Source: Chiloscyllium plagiosum (taxonomy: Eukaryota). Taken from it: a stretch of DNA of 64,000 nucleotides. The notes under the pieces were generated by a model. It saw only the letters and a program-made list of their open reading frames with translations. It ran no database searches and was not told the DNA's origin. Location: positions 4,746,155-4,810,154 of the forward strand of contig NC_057755.1 of the NCBI RefSeq assembly GCF_004010195.1, read 5' to 3'. How positions within the stretch are numbered: position 1 is the first letter of the stretch; each line of letters begins with the position of its first letter. Made by a program: the position numbers and the translations under genes. Shown here piece by piece: positions 51,180 to 63,400 of the stretch.

Positions 51180-53290
51180 ACACTGAAATAACTGCACAGA
51201 GACCAGTATTCGTGCACCAAGACACACACTTTTAACATGTGCACAAACATGTTCTCTGACAAACCAGCTCAAAACCAGTCCACAGACCGAGATTCTCTTG
51301 TTTATTTACTTATTAAATTTTATTTTAATTTTATGTATGCCATGCACTAAAACTGCACAGCAGACACTCATAACACAAATGCTCACTTGGCTCTGTGTGT
51401 GTCTGTGTGTGTGTATGCGTGCACATGCACATGTTTGGTGACTCCGTTATAAAAAAGACACAATTGTGCACGATATTTCTTCCACATTTTCACCAACATG
51501 AAAAACACTCATGTGGGCAATGATCCATTAACAAGCAAAGTGCGATAAGGTCAATATCTATGTGAGAAAAAAAATGAAGTGGCGGGGGGATTTAACTAGA
51601 AATGGGTTTGGAGGAGGAAAGAAAGCAATCCATTCTCCGTGGTGTCCACCTCTTCCTCAAGGCAATCGTGGACAACGTGTTCCCCCTCTCCAAGGACATC
51701 TGGTCTCGAACATAACTGCAGTAGGGTGCAGGCAGTCAACACAGAAGGTGATCTCTTTATATCTGTCAGCCAGAACTCCCAGATTGGCCCAGGTGGACAA
51801 TCCCAATCAAAGATCGCATAGTCAATGAGATCCGTTGACCTTCATTCTAATCACTGCATCACATACACACCCACTCCCACCCATCCCCCAACCATTGATA
51901 TCTGTCTCCGCTGCTGTCCAAAACGTAAATGGAACTTGGGGTGGTTTTACAGAATTGCTTCCTTGTCAACCTGCAAGATGAGCTTGGCTCCTTTGATAAT
52001 CCTTCGATCGTGCTGGAAAATCTTCCATGCATTTAATTGGGACTTCACTCAGGCAGCCATTTACGTAAATAAAAATGCAGAGCTAATCAAAATAAAACTT
52101 TCTCAGCTAGTTTTAATCCATCAGACTTGGTCCTGAGTTTTTTTCCACAATCAGTGGTAACTGGACGAGCAAGATCGAAGCCGATGTTGTACCCTTAATC
52201 CGTTAGAGATCCCTAGTTTTGGCTCTCAGTGTAACCAAGGGCTTACGCAAACTGAAGGTTTGGAGTCTAGAGTGCTCTATGTCACTTACACAAGCTGCAC
52301 CATATAAAACTGCATTAGAACCAAGTGACCATTTCGCCAGTTGTTTGACTGTTCCAAGCCAGACACGGGTGAGCTTTCCAGCGTGCTCACTCCCCTGGAT
52401 ACCAAATTATGAGTTCTCTCATTTAATTCAAGCCGAGTGAACTCTTTCGCTGTCTCAAGTATGCAAACTGGATGTGGTTACTATTGCTTGCCGGCCGGGT
52501 ACTGCAGAAAATGTACCCTGCTTGGTTCATGCTGGCTTTGTTTTGGGTTTTTGCTGCAGGACCACCTGAACTACCATCGTTCAGCATATGACCTGAGTGA
52601 AGCTATGCAATTGCCTTAACTTAACTGGCGTCCCCAAAGCTCAACTGGCCAGGCGAGAGTTCCCACTTTTTCAGCAAACCATATGCTCCACTTGCATTCA
52701 GCAAAATGGCGCTTTTTATGGCTCAGTCAGTAATCCCAGTCTCGTCTCCCCTGAAATAACTCCACAGAGACCAGTATCCCATCACAAATGACCAGTGAAT
52801 TGACACTGATCCAGAGCACTCAGAGCCAGCGCTCAGAGTGAACAGAACCCCTGACACTGATGAGGCATGGGACATATTGGTTAGCCTGTTGCTTCACAGT
52901 GCCAGGCACCTGGGTTCAGTTCAAGCCTCGGGCGATTGTCTGTGTGGAGTTTGTACATTCTGCTTGTGTTTCCTCTGGGTGCTCCGGCTTCCTCCCACAC
53001 CACAATTATATGCAGGTTAGGGTGGATTGGCAATGCTGAATTGCATAGTGTTCTTGGGATGTGCAGAGTAGGTGCCTTACTCAATAGTAAATGCAGAATA
53101 ATAGGGTATGGCAATGGTTCTGTGTAGGTTCCTCTTTGGAGAGTCGTTGTGGACTTGTTGGACTGAGTGGCCTGTTCCCTCACTTATGGATTATATGGAT
53201 TCCGTGATCCTGTTTAGATACGTCAGGCAGCATTCCCTCATTGGACCAGATTAACAGCCCCAGTTGGGGAACTCATAATGATATCTATCT
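51180..53290 (-). mobile_element. Gypsy relic related to 21500-23700 (LTR pieces, gag/pro)
   Basis: 52250-52620 aligns with 22850-23290; 52770-52858 + 53205-53290 aligns with 23480-23680. Confidence 0.65.
52862..53200 (+). mobile_element. HE1-like SINE nested in LTR
   Basis: Core tgtgtggagtttgtacattct..gggtgctccggcttcctcccacac; tail gtggacttgttggactgagtggcctgtt. Confidence 0.82.
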
Positions 53291-53850
53291 CACCGGCTGC
53301 ATTTAAAATACTACGCGACCCACGTCCCAGTTACATTATACCCCCCTCCCGAATTGGCAACCTATGTAAGTGGCACCATTAAAAAAAACCTTACATCCTA
53401 TTCACCTGTTACACAACATCATTAAACATCTGGAACCTGAGACAGCAGCACTGCCAAATCATAGTTCCTGTCTGAATTATAAGGCAGTTCTAGCCAGGAA
53501 AGGTATTTTAGTGTGGAAGAACAAGTCCTCATTCTTGAGGGCACTTTAAATGGAACGTGCTCTCAGAAAGGCAATCAGAAAGAAAAGGGCCCGAGACAAT
53601 CTGTGTTAGATTCTCACGAACTGGGATACCTGTCCCAGTGTTATGTTGATTTCAAAGGCAATGAGGAAGGAAAAGCTTTATCTCAGTATGGCATTTACAT
53701 ATTACTAAGAAAGTCTGTGCTGTTTAATTCTAACTCGGTTTCTTTAGTTTTCTACTTTGTATGTGGGCATCCTTGTATGGAAGATGACGTCGGGAATGGA
53801 GATATTGTACACTTTTCGCTGTCCTCCTGTACTTCTGTACTCGAGTACAC

Positions 53851-53927
53851 TGCCTGACCTGCTGCGCTTTTCCAACAACGCATTTTTCAGCTCTGCTCTC
53901 CAGCATCTGCAGTCCCCACTTTCTCCG
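53851..53927 (+). mobile_element. PLE terminal-repeat 3' part without hammerhead
   Basis: tgcctgacctgctgcgcttttcc..cagcatctgcagtccccactttctcc flanked by acac; empty site gagtacacgtgacaat at ~25930. Confidence 0.8.
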
Positions 53928-54201
53928 ACACGTGACAATACAATCAGGTACTAACTCTCGGGAAATTATTGACGTTGCATTCTCCAAAGAATATATTACT
54001 TTGAGGTAGTCATCAGAGGAAGGTTGGTACTTTGCTGCCTGTTCAAATTACTGCAATCAGTTTAATTGGAGATCCAAACATATTTATCGTCTCACGGGGC
54101 ATTTATCCCCTAAATAAAATGAGTTTGTGTCGACGTTGTTATTATTTTTCGGCAGACACAATCATTGTCTCTCCTCTCACAGGCGACCTGACCGGGACAG
54201 A

Positions 54202-54271
54202 ATGAAATACTCAGTAATCTTACAGGCCGCACGAATTTACTACCCGATACTTGCAGCTGTTGGCATTGTTG
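54202..54271 (+). CDS. Orphan GPR139-like exon 1 (unit 3), peptide identical to 36751-36820
   Basis: ATG..GTT G|GTAAGT; one synonymous difference (ggc/ggt); no matching exon 2 downstream in the window. Confidence 0.75.
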
Positions 54272-56984
54272 GTAAGTATATAAATGCAGCTATGTTTGTG
54301 TAAACCTATTTAGCTCCACTCCCCCATTCTTCATTGAAATTTGATGGAGTTTCCTCGGCTTTGGTTCATTCTAACCTTTTGCATTTCTAGTAGTTTCACC
54401 AGGAGTTGATTTTTACTGTAGTTTCCTTCCATCTGCATAATCAGGTTTAGCAACAAATGTTTTACAGAGTGTTTAATTGCAATTCAGGGTAGGCTGAGAC
54501 AGCATTGATTGACAATCCTGAGTTACAATTGAGATGGTGGTGGTGAGCTGCTTTCTCAAACCACTGCAGACCAATTGGTGTATAGAGTAATCCAGGGTGG
54601 AATCAGACTTTTCGATTTAACTCGTCTCTGCCGTTTCCTAAAATTAACTATTCACATTTGCCAGCACTTGACTCATATCCCGCGAAACCTTTCCTAATCG
54701 TGCCGACATCCAACTGTGTTTTAAGCGATTCAGCAAAAATGAACGAACCGTGACGTGTTTCCAAGCCAGGAAGGTGAGTGGCTTAAAGGAAACTTGCAAG
54801 TGCTGTCATTCCCTTACATCTGCTGTTTCTGGACAGTGGTAGCTGAAAGGGTGACAGGGAACTGTCTGAAGAATCTTGGTGAGCTGCTTCAATGCATCTT
54901 GTAAGTGGCACACACTGACTGCTGTTACTGAGTAATACTGGGGGAAATGAAGGTTTGTAAATGTGGTGGTCATCAAGTGCGCTGATATTGCCTGAATAAA
55001 GGCAAAGTTCTGCAGATCCTGGATATCTGCAATAAACAAGCGAAAATGTTGGATTAACTCGGCACACCTGGCAGTTTATGTGTAGAAAGAAAGAAACGTT
55101 ATGGATTCGAGTCTGGTATGACTCTTCCTCAGAATTTTCTGTGATCCTGAATGGAGTCGAGCTGCATGAGTGTCATTGGAGGTGCATCCATCCGGGCAAG
55201 TTGGAAGTACTCCATCACACTCCTGACTTGTGCTTTGAAGACGTTGGGCATTCGTTGGGATGGTGTCGTTTCCAAGCAGGATTCCTAGCCTCCGGCACAT
55301 TGCAGTAACAACAACACTTAAGTGGTTAATCCAGGGCTGTTTTGGTTTCAATGGAAATCCTCAGCATGCTGATAACGATGGAAATCTAATTGCATATCAA
55401 GGAGGACGGCTCGAATTTCTTTTGTTGGAGACTGTGATTGCGTGACACTCGTATCGATCAAATGGTATCTAATTATTGCCAATAGGCCATTAGAAATCAG
55501 AAATACGAGCATACGTAGGCAGTTCTGTACATAACTTCTGCTCTGTCATTCAATTATGACTAGACTGTTTCCAAACAGCATTCTCACACCTTCTCCCCCT
55601 AAGTATCTATTCCCTTACTCACCAACAATCTATCTATTGCCATCTTCAATACACTCACTGACATTTTCTCCACAGCCCTCTGTGGCAATGAGTTCTGCAG
55701 ATTCACCATCCTCTGGCTGAAAAAAAATCCTTCTCATCTCAATTCTGAAGGGGCACCGCTTCAATTTGAGGCTATGCTTTTGGGTTCTAGTCTCTCCTAC
55801 AGCGGAAACCTCTGCTCCATGCCCATTCCATCCATCCGCCCAGTGCTCCTTAAATTTTATCAGATGCCCCTCATCATTCTAAACTTGATCCAGTAAAGAC
55901 ACCGAGTCCTCAACCAGCTCTCATGCTACAATCGCTTCATCCCATGGATCATTCCTGTAAAACTCCTCTGAACCTGTTCAAGTTCAACACACCTTTCTAT
56001 TGGCACTGGTCCTAAAAACGCTCATGATGGCTTGTATAAAGTATTAAATATCTTCTGAAGTGTTCATAAAACTTTCACTTTCATCAGGTGTATGCCAATT
56101 TCATTTTCCACATAGTGCACTCCAAGTTCTACATTTGAGATTGTTGCAATAATTTTCTCGTCATTACTAGTATTGAAGTATATTTTTTTCTGACTGCTGA
56201 AGATTGAGTGGCCCCATGTTTAATTTTTGTTGTTTTCCAAGAGCAGTGAGGAGCAAAAGATGTAAAAATATTGTTCTACGTTATCAAACACAGCAGTGAA
56301 AAATAACTTCAATTCTGAACCATGAGGTTAGCACGACCGTGTTGCCTTCATATCATGAATGCAGCGACCCTGGCTCCCTATCGCTGTGCGGTAGCCTCGT
56401 TAACCACTGAGGCATCCTGTGACACACACCCACGCATTTTTTTGGTTTCTGTATACTTTTGTCTATTTCTCCTCTCTACTTCAAAGATTCAATTTCTCAA
56501 TGTGGTTCTCAACACCTTGTTCTTGGATTTCTGTTGTTCTTCTGTGAACAGATTTTTTTTTCACAGTCCAAATATCAAGCATGGTGGTATGTTAATCGTC
56601 TACCATTTGTAAGACTCCCACATGTCCGTTCGCATTCATCCTCAAACAGCCACTTCCAAACAGAATTCTACACTACCTGCCTACGAGTGTTGTATTTCTG
56701 CTTCCAACAATTTAACACGTTCACAGGAGGACTGCTGTTATCCCTATCCATGATTGACTTAAAACTCAAGAGATTATGGTTCCTGCTCCCGAAATGTTCC
56801 CCCTCTAAAACTTCACTCACCTGTCCGTGCTGATTTCCCAAAAGCAGGGCTAGTATGACTCTTTCCCTGGTTGGACTGCTTCCATATTCTGTAAAAGAAT
56901 TCTCCTGAATCTTTGTTACAACCTCTTCCCATCCAAGTCCCGAGGACGAAGTGAGTCGCAGTCAAGATGGGGGATTTTGAAATT

Positions 56985-57146
56985 AGATTAGATTAGATTA
57001 GATTANNNNNNNNNNNNNNNNNNNNNNNNNNNNNNNNNNNNNNNNNNNNNNNNNNNNNNNNNNNNNNNNNNNNNNNNNNNNNNNNNNNGTGCAAACTCCA
57101 CACAGTCAGTCGCCTGAGTCGGGAATTGAACCCGGGTCTCTGGCGT
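56985..57146 (-). mobile_element. HE1-like SINE spanning assembly gap
   Basis: (agatt)n tail before the gap; gcaaactccacacagtcagtcgcctgag..gaacccgggtc after it. Confidence 0.85.
57006..57088. other. Assembly gap
   Basis: Run of N. Confidence 1.
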
Positions 57147-58292
57147 TGTCCACCATAATAGTCCTGCTGTTTTCAAAACGTTCTGCGTCTTGCCAAAATC
57201 TGTGTGCATATTCTCTGTTCAATTTCCGTCTGGCTGTTGGTAGATCTGTCGCTGCATTGAGATTTCACTTTCCTATTCCTGAGTTCTACCCAATTTGCTT
57301 CACTGCACGAGCCCTCTGCTGTATCCTCACCCATAACTGCTGTGAGATTCTCATTTATCAGCAATGGATCTCCTCCACCCCTTTTGTACCCTTTCTATTA
57401 CACCTGAAACATCTAAAACCTGGGACAATCAGCTGTCAATCCTTCCCTGCTTTCAACCAAATCTGTCTAATTGCAATGATGTCATAGTTGAAAACACTAA
57501 CCACAGTTGTGAGTTCATCTAACTTGCCAATTATACTTCTCTCATTGAAACACATGCATTTCTGGCCAGTTCCCCTGTTCTTTTCAACACCGTTTCTTGC
57601 CTTCTCTTGTTCTTTTTCGTGTTTGCCTTAGTTTCTATCTATCTTTCAATTACTGCATGTACTGCCCTACTCCACTGCTTAACACACACCACCCCCCACC
57701 TTCCCCCACCCCGTCACATCAGTTTGAATCTTCCCCAACCAGTTTATAAAGTAGGTCCCCAAAGGCATCAGTCCCGGTCCTGCCCAGGCGTAACCCGTCC
57801 GAAATATTCCACGATTGAGAAAGAGATATTCAGCTTGCTGTTGGTGTTGCAACATTTCAACAATTACGTCGGCAGTGACCATTCTGAGATAGGTGTGTAC
57901 ACAGACCATGACCCTTTAAAGTTTTTGGAAAAATGTAAGTTTCAATATTTCAGACCGTGTTAAGGTGGACCTCATTATTGCAGTCATTCCGTTTGAGAAC
58001 TATGCATAAGGCAGGATGAGAGAACATCTTTGCTGACTTTGGGGAAGGGTGGCGCAAGTGTTTGGTGGCAGAAAAAGAAAATTGACTAAAATACGCCACA
58101 GTAGTGAACGTTTGCACGCTCAGAGTCAATCTATTGTTGTGCACAAATTGAGTAAGATTAAAAGTTATTAAAAATCAACGTATATTGATGTGTTACTTCA
58201 TGGAGACAGTTATGATGATATTCGGGCTTCAAGAGGTGAAATTTATCATTAGATTTTTTTGGAAAAGATTTTTGAAGACAGAGGTAACAAGA

Positions 58293-59722
58293 TGTCCAGA
58301 TTACAGAGGAGGAAGTGCTGGATGTCTTGAAACGGTTAAAGGTGGATAAATCCCCAGGATCTGATCAGGTGTACCCGAGAACTATGTGGGAAGCTAGAGA
58401 AGTGATTGCTGGGCCACTTGCAGAGATATTTGAATCATCGATAGTCACAGTTGAGGTGCCGGAAGACTGGAGTTTGGCAAACGTGGTGCCACTGTTTAAG
58501 AAGGGCGGTAAAGTCAAGTCAGGGAACTATAGACCGGTGAGCCTGACCTCAGTGGTCTGCAAGTTGTTGGGGGAATCCTGAGGGACAGGATGTGCATGTA
58601 TTTGGAAAGGCAAGGATTGATTCGGGATAGTCAACATGGCTTTGTGCGTGGGAAATCATGTCTCACAAACTTGATTGAGTTTTTTGAAGAAGTAACAAAG
58701 AAGATTGATGAGGGAAGAGCAGTAGATGTGATCTTTATGGACTTCAGTAAGATGTTTGACAAGGTTCCCCATGGGAGATTGATTAGCAAGGTTAGATCTC
58801 ATGGAATACAGGGAGAACTAGCCATTTGGATACAGAACTGGCNNNNNNNNNNNNNNNNNNNNNNNNNNNNNNNNNNNNNNNNNNNNNNNNNNNNNNNNNN
58901 NNNNNNNNNNNNNNNNNNNNNNNNNNNNNNNNNNNNNNNNNNNNNNNNNNNNNNNNNNNNNNNNNNNNNNNNNNNNNNNNNNNNNNNNNNNNNNNNNNNN
59001 NNNNNNNNNNNNNNNNNNNNNNNNNNNNNNNNNNNNNNNNNNNNNNNNNNNNNNNNNNNNNNNNNNNNNNNNNNNNNNNNNNNNNNNNNNNNNNNNNNNN
59101 NNNNNNNNNNNNNNNNNNNNNNNNNNNNNNNNNNNNNNNNNNNNNNNNNNNNNNNNNNNNNNNNNNNNNNNNNNNNNNNNNNNNNNNNNNNNNNNNNNNN
59201 NNNNNNNNNNNNNNNNNNNNNNNNNNNNNNNNNNNNNNNNNNNNNNNNNNNNNNNNNNNNNNNNNNNNNNNNNNNNNNNNNNNNNNNNNNNNNNNNNNNN
59301 NNNNNNNNNNNNNNNNNNNNNNNNNNNNNNNNNNNNNNNNNNNCCTTATAGAGGTTTACAAAATTATGAGGGGCATGGATAGGATAAATAGACAAAGTCT
59401 TTTCCCTGGGGTGGGGGAGTTCAGAACTGGAGGGCATAGGTTTAGGGTGAGAGGGGAAAGATCTAAAGGAGATCTAGGGGGCAACGTTTTCACGCAGAGG
59501 GTGGCACGTGTATGGAATGAGCTGCCAGAGGTTGTGATGGAGGCTGGTACAATTTACATTTAAGGGGCATTTGGATGGGTATATGAATAGGAAGGATTTG
59601 GAGGGATATGGGCCAGGTGCTGGCAGGTGGGACTAGATTGGGTAGGGATATCTGGTCGGCATGGACGCGTTGGACCGAAGGGTCTGTTTCCATGCTGTAC
59701 ATCTCTATGACTCTATGACTCT
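58293..59722 (+). mobile_element. Young CR1/HER1-like LINE, 5'-truncated, containing a gap
   Basis: ORFs 58315-58581 and 58590-; tail ctctatgactctatgactct; absent at paralogous site ~45363. Confidence 0.95.
58843..59343. other. Assembly gap
   Basis: Run of N. Confidence 1.
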
Positions 59723-60464
59723 ATATCTGTTGAAAGCCCTTGAAGTATACTGCTTGTGAAATCTTGAGGACTTTTTAATTAAAATGCTGGACTATTGAAG
59801 CAGCCTGAATGATTGGGGCAAGCTCTTATTCAAATGCGACTTCCAGTTTTAGCTTTTCAGTAACATCAGTTATTTTTACAAGATGTGGAAGCTGTTTTGT
59901 TTCTGTTTTGGTTGCATCTAAAATCAGGGGGGTTCTCTGCCTGCTACCAGAGTTGCATTGAGGCAATTTTTAAACTGAATTTTCCCCTCTGCAATGTGTT
60001 TATAGCATGTTACCATATTGGAAAGGTTCCTATAGATTTACCTAATCTATATAAAAAAAAAGACTATGCTTCAATTCTGGTAAGTTGGTCAATTGAATTG
60101 CATTTGGAACACGAGACCTGGCATCTGTCTTTAAAATAAGAAAATGTTAGTGTCAGGCTATCTTTTGAATATATTGTGCCGAATGTTTGGTCTGGGCAAT
60201 AACACTTTTCTGGCAAATTACCACCTTTACCGAGTTCCATAGCGATTCCTATGCGCTCGTACACGGACCGTGTCTTGTTTCTATCTTGTTCTTCTCCTTA
60301 TTACCACGTTCATTTAATTTATTTTCTTGATTAATGGGACAATAACCATGAAACATCTACAGAACCCAACAAGCATGACATACTTGTGTTAGCATAGCTC
60401 AATCATGATAATTATCGTTCCTCGTTTATTTATTTATTATGCTCATCTATTCGTTCAAAGTATT

Positions 60465-63400
60465 GATGACACAACATCATAGCTAAAAGGGTTGGAGAAG
60501 AAGTACTCATTTATTTTTACTGCATGTGGACTACCAATAGAGATACAGTCAGATGAAGGATCAAACGTCTTATCCAAACTATTCAAGGAGGTTTTGGATA
60601 GCTTGAGCAGAAAACAATTCATATCTACTGCGAACCTTCCAGAATCGCAGGCAGCGCGAGAAAGGTGGCATCAAACATTAAAGACCATGTTGAGGGCCAA
60701 TGATCAGGACTATCAAGATGATTTGGACAACTGAGTTCCATTTGCGCTTTTTGCAATAAGAGATGTACTGAATGAATCGACCACATTCAGTCCATTCGAA
60801 TTAATTTCTGGACATGAAATAAGAGGACAGCTAAAATTGGTAAAGGACAAATGAATAACTCAGAATTTAGAGACCACATATTTGGAGTATGTGTAAAACT
60901 TTATAGAGCGAGTAAATAGAGCTGGGTCATTGGCTAGACCGCGTTTAAAAGTATCCCAGCATACACTGAAAAAGCAAGCGGGCAAGAAATCCCACGTTTG
61001 CCTTTGGGGATAAGGTATTGGTGTTACTTCTAGTAATAGGTGAACCTTTAACAGCACGGTTTAGTGGACCTTATCAAATCGAGAGGTAATTGAGTGAAGG
61101 GAACTTCTTGGACTCCAGACAGGAAAATTTCACAGAGTGTGCTCAAAAGGTATTTTGACAGGGAAGGAAAGCAAGAGAAGGCGTCAATAATGACAACCCG
61201 GAAGGAAAAACCAAATTCAGAAGATTCTGAATTGGACATTCGTAAAATCAAATTGCATAATGAGGAAGTTATCATAACTTGCGATAAATTATTGAGTTAT
61301 CTTCCACAGGAAAAGTGAAATGTACTGAAACAGTTTGTACTGTCGCATGGAGAGATATGTGGAAAAAAACTGGAAAGTACTAACCTAATTGTGCATCATG
61401 AAGATGTAGGAGATGCTGTTCTGATTAAACAACATCCTTATAGACATAACCATCTAAGGCTGGTGCAGGTTCAGAAGAGTGAAGAACGGATGTTCCAAGA
61501 TGGCATTATCGAATTGAGTCACAGTGACTGGAACTCACCCAAAGTCATGGTGCCAAAGCCACATGGTACCCCAAGGTTATGTGTGGACGATTGCAAAGTA
61601 AGTGCCGTCACAAAGACTGATGCATATCCAATTCCGTGGTTGGAGGAATGTGTCAAAAAGGTGGAAAAAATGTTTACATTTCTAGGTTGGACTGGCTCAG
61701 AGGCTACTGGCAGGTACGTTTGTTACAAAGAACAAAGGCAATTTCGGCTTGCAGATAATGCCAAATGAAGTAAATTAGTTAAAAGTCATGTCATTTGGTA
61801 TGAAAACGCTCTGTCCATATTTCAGAAGTAACTAATAAGGTTATGGACGGATCTCCAACTGCTGCAAATATGTTGCTGGAAAAGCGCAGCAGGCCAGGCA
61901 GCATCCAAGGAGCAGGAGAATCGACGTTTCGGGCATGAGCCCTTCTTGAGGAACGTCGATTCTCCTGTTCCCTGGATGCTGCCTGACCTGCTGCGCTTTT
62001 CCGGCAACACATTTTCAGCTCCGATCTCCAGCATCTGCAGACCTCACTTTCTCCTCGAGGATCTCCAACCTGCGTTGTGTACATTGATGACCTGGAGATT
62101 TTTAGTCACTCATAGAAGGAACATTTCCACCATCTACTGGACTTCTTCAATCGACTTCAGAGGGCAGGCTTGGGGGTAAACCTAGCTAAAAGTGAATTTG
62201 CCAAAGCCCAAGTCTCTGACCTGGGTGATGTTATTGGACATGGACAAATAGCCCCACGGGATGTGAAAACGAACGTAAATGGTGGGTTTCGCGCACTTTC
62301 AATGAAAAGAGCAGTACTCCAGTTCCTGTGATTGGGTCTGTTTTACCGAAAGTTTGTGACAAATTTTAGCCGAATGGCTGCTCCACTCACCGAATTGTTG
62401 AAAAACCAAGGAATTTCAGTGGACAGCATTCGACAGCCTAAAAACTGTGTTAGTCACTGCCCCAATGTTAGCCAAACCTGATTTTGTGAATCCTTTCAAG
62501 TTGGCTATTGATGCCTGTGATGTAGGTGTCAGTGTGGTTCTCTTGCAGGAGGGTGACGAGGGAATAGAAAGACCCATTGGGTATTTTTTCAGGATGTTGA
62601 ACGTTTATCAACACAAATATTCTACAGTTGAGAAAGAGACTTTGAGCTTGGTGTTGCCATTAAGACATTTCGATGTTTATTTTGCCAGCAACGCATCTGA
62701 TGCAATCGTATACATTGATAATAATCCGTTGACATTTGTGGAGAAATTTAAGGAAAAATGCCTGATTGTAGCGATACAGCTTGTTGTTGCAGTCATCCAA
62801 TTTGACATTTGTGCAAGGAGCGCATCATGAACATATGGTTGCCAATGCACTGGCGGGACTCGATGATATGCGAAGGTGTTTGCTGGTGGGTGTGCCACGG
62901 CCTGAATTCGAAATTGGTTGTGCATGCGTTCATGTGTATAGTCATGTGTATAGTGTGTGCATGTGTGTGTGTGTGTGTGTGTTTCAGCATACTAACCATT
63001 TTTTGAGGGGTTTTAAAATGAAGCCATCTTTGCACATCAATGGTTCTATTTTTAAGGTGGGAGGTGGCACAAAGGTAGTCCTTTGTTTAAAAAAAAATTG
63101 TTTTTTTCCTTCTCTCAAGGATACCGTGCCCTTGTTTTCTTTTCAGAGGTGACGTTAAACATCCCAGGCTCCGATTAGGCTGAAGTGGTACAGAGATGAA
63201 AAGGGTACTGGGAGACCTTTTTTGCTTATATGCAAACAAATCGGTCTTCAGACCAAAGCTTGCAAGTTTTAGAAGCAACATGTATAATGAAAGGGGAGTG
63301 GTCAGTTCAGAAAGCTGAAGTCTTGTTTTTAGTCAGTTCGGTAGTGCTGTGTGTGAAGAAGGGCTGCTGAAGACAGTCAGTTGAGACTGGAACATCTCTC

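Noticed and set aside
58590..59563. Long ORFs of 212-253 aa
   Set aside because: Length comes from the N gap inside a CR1 copy
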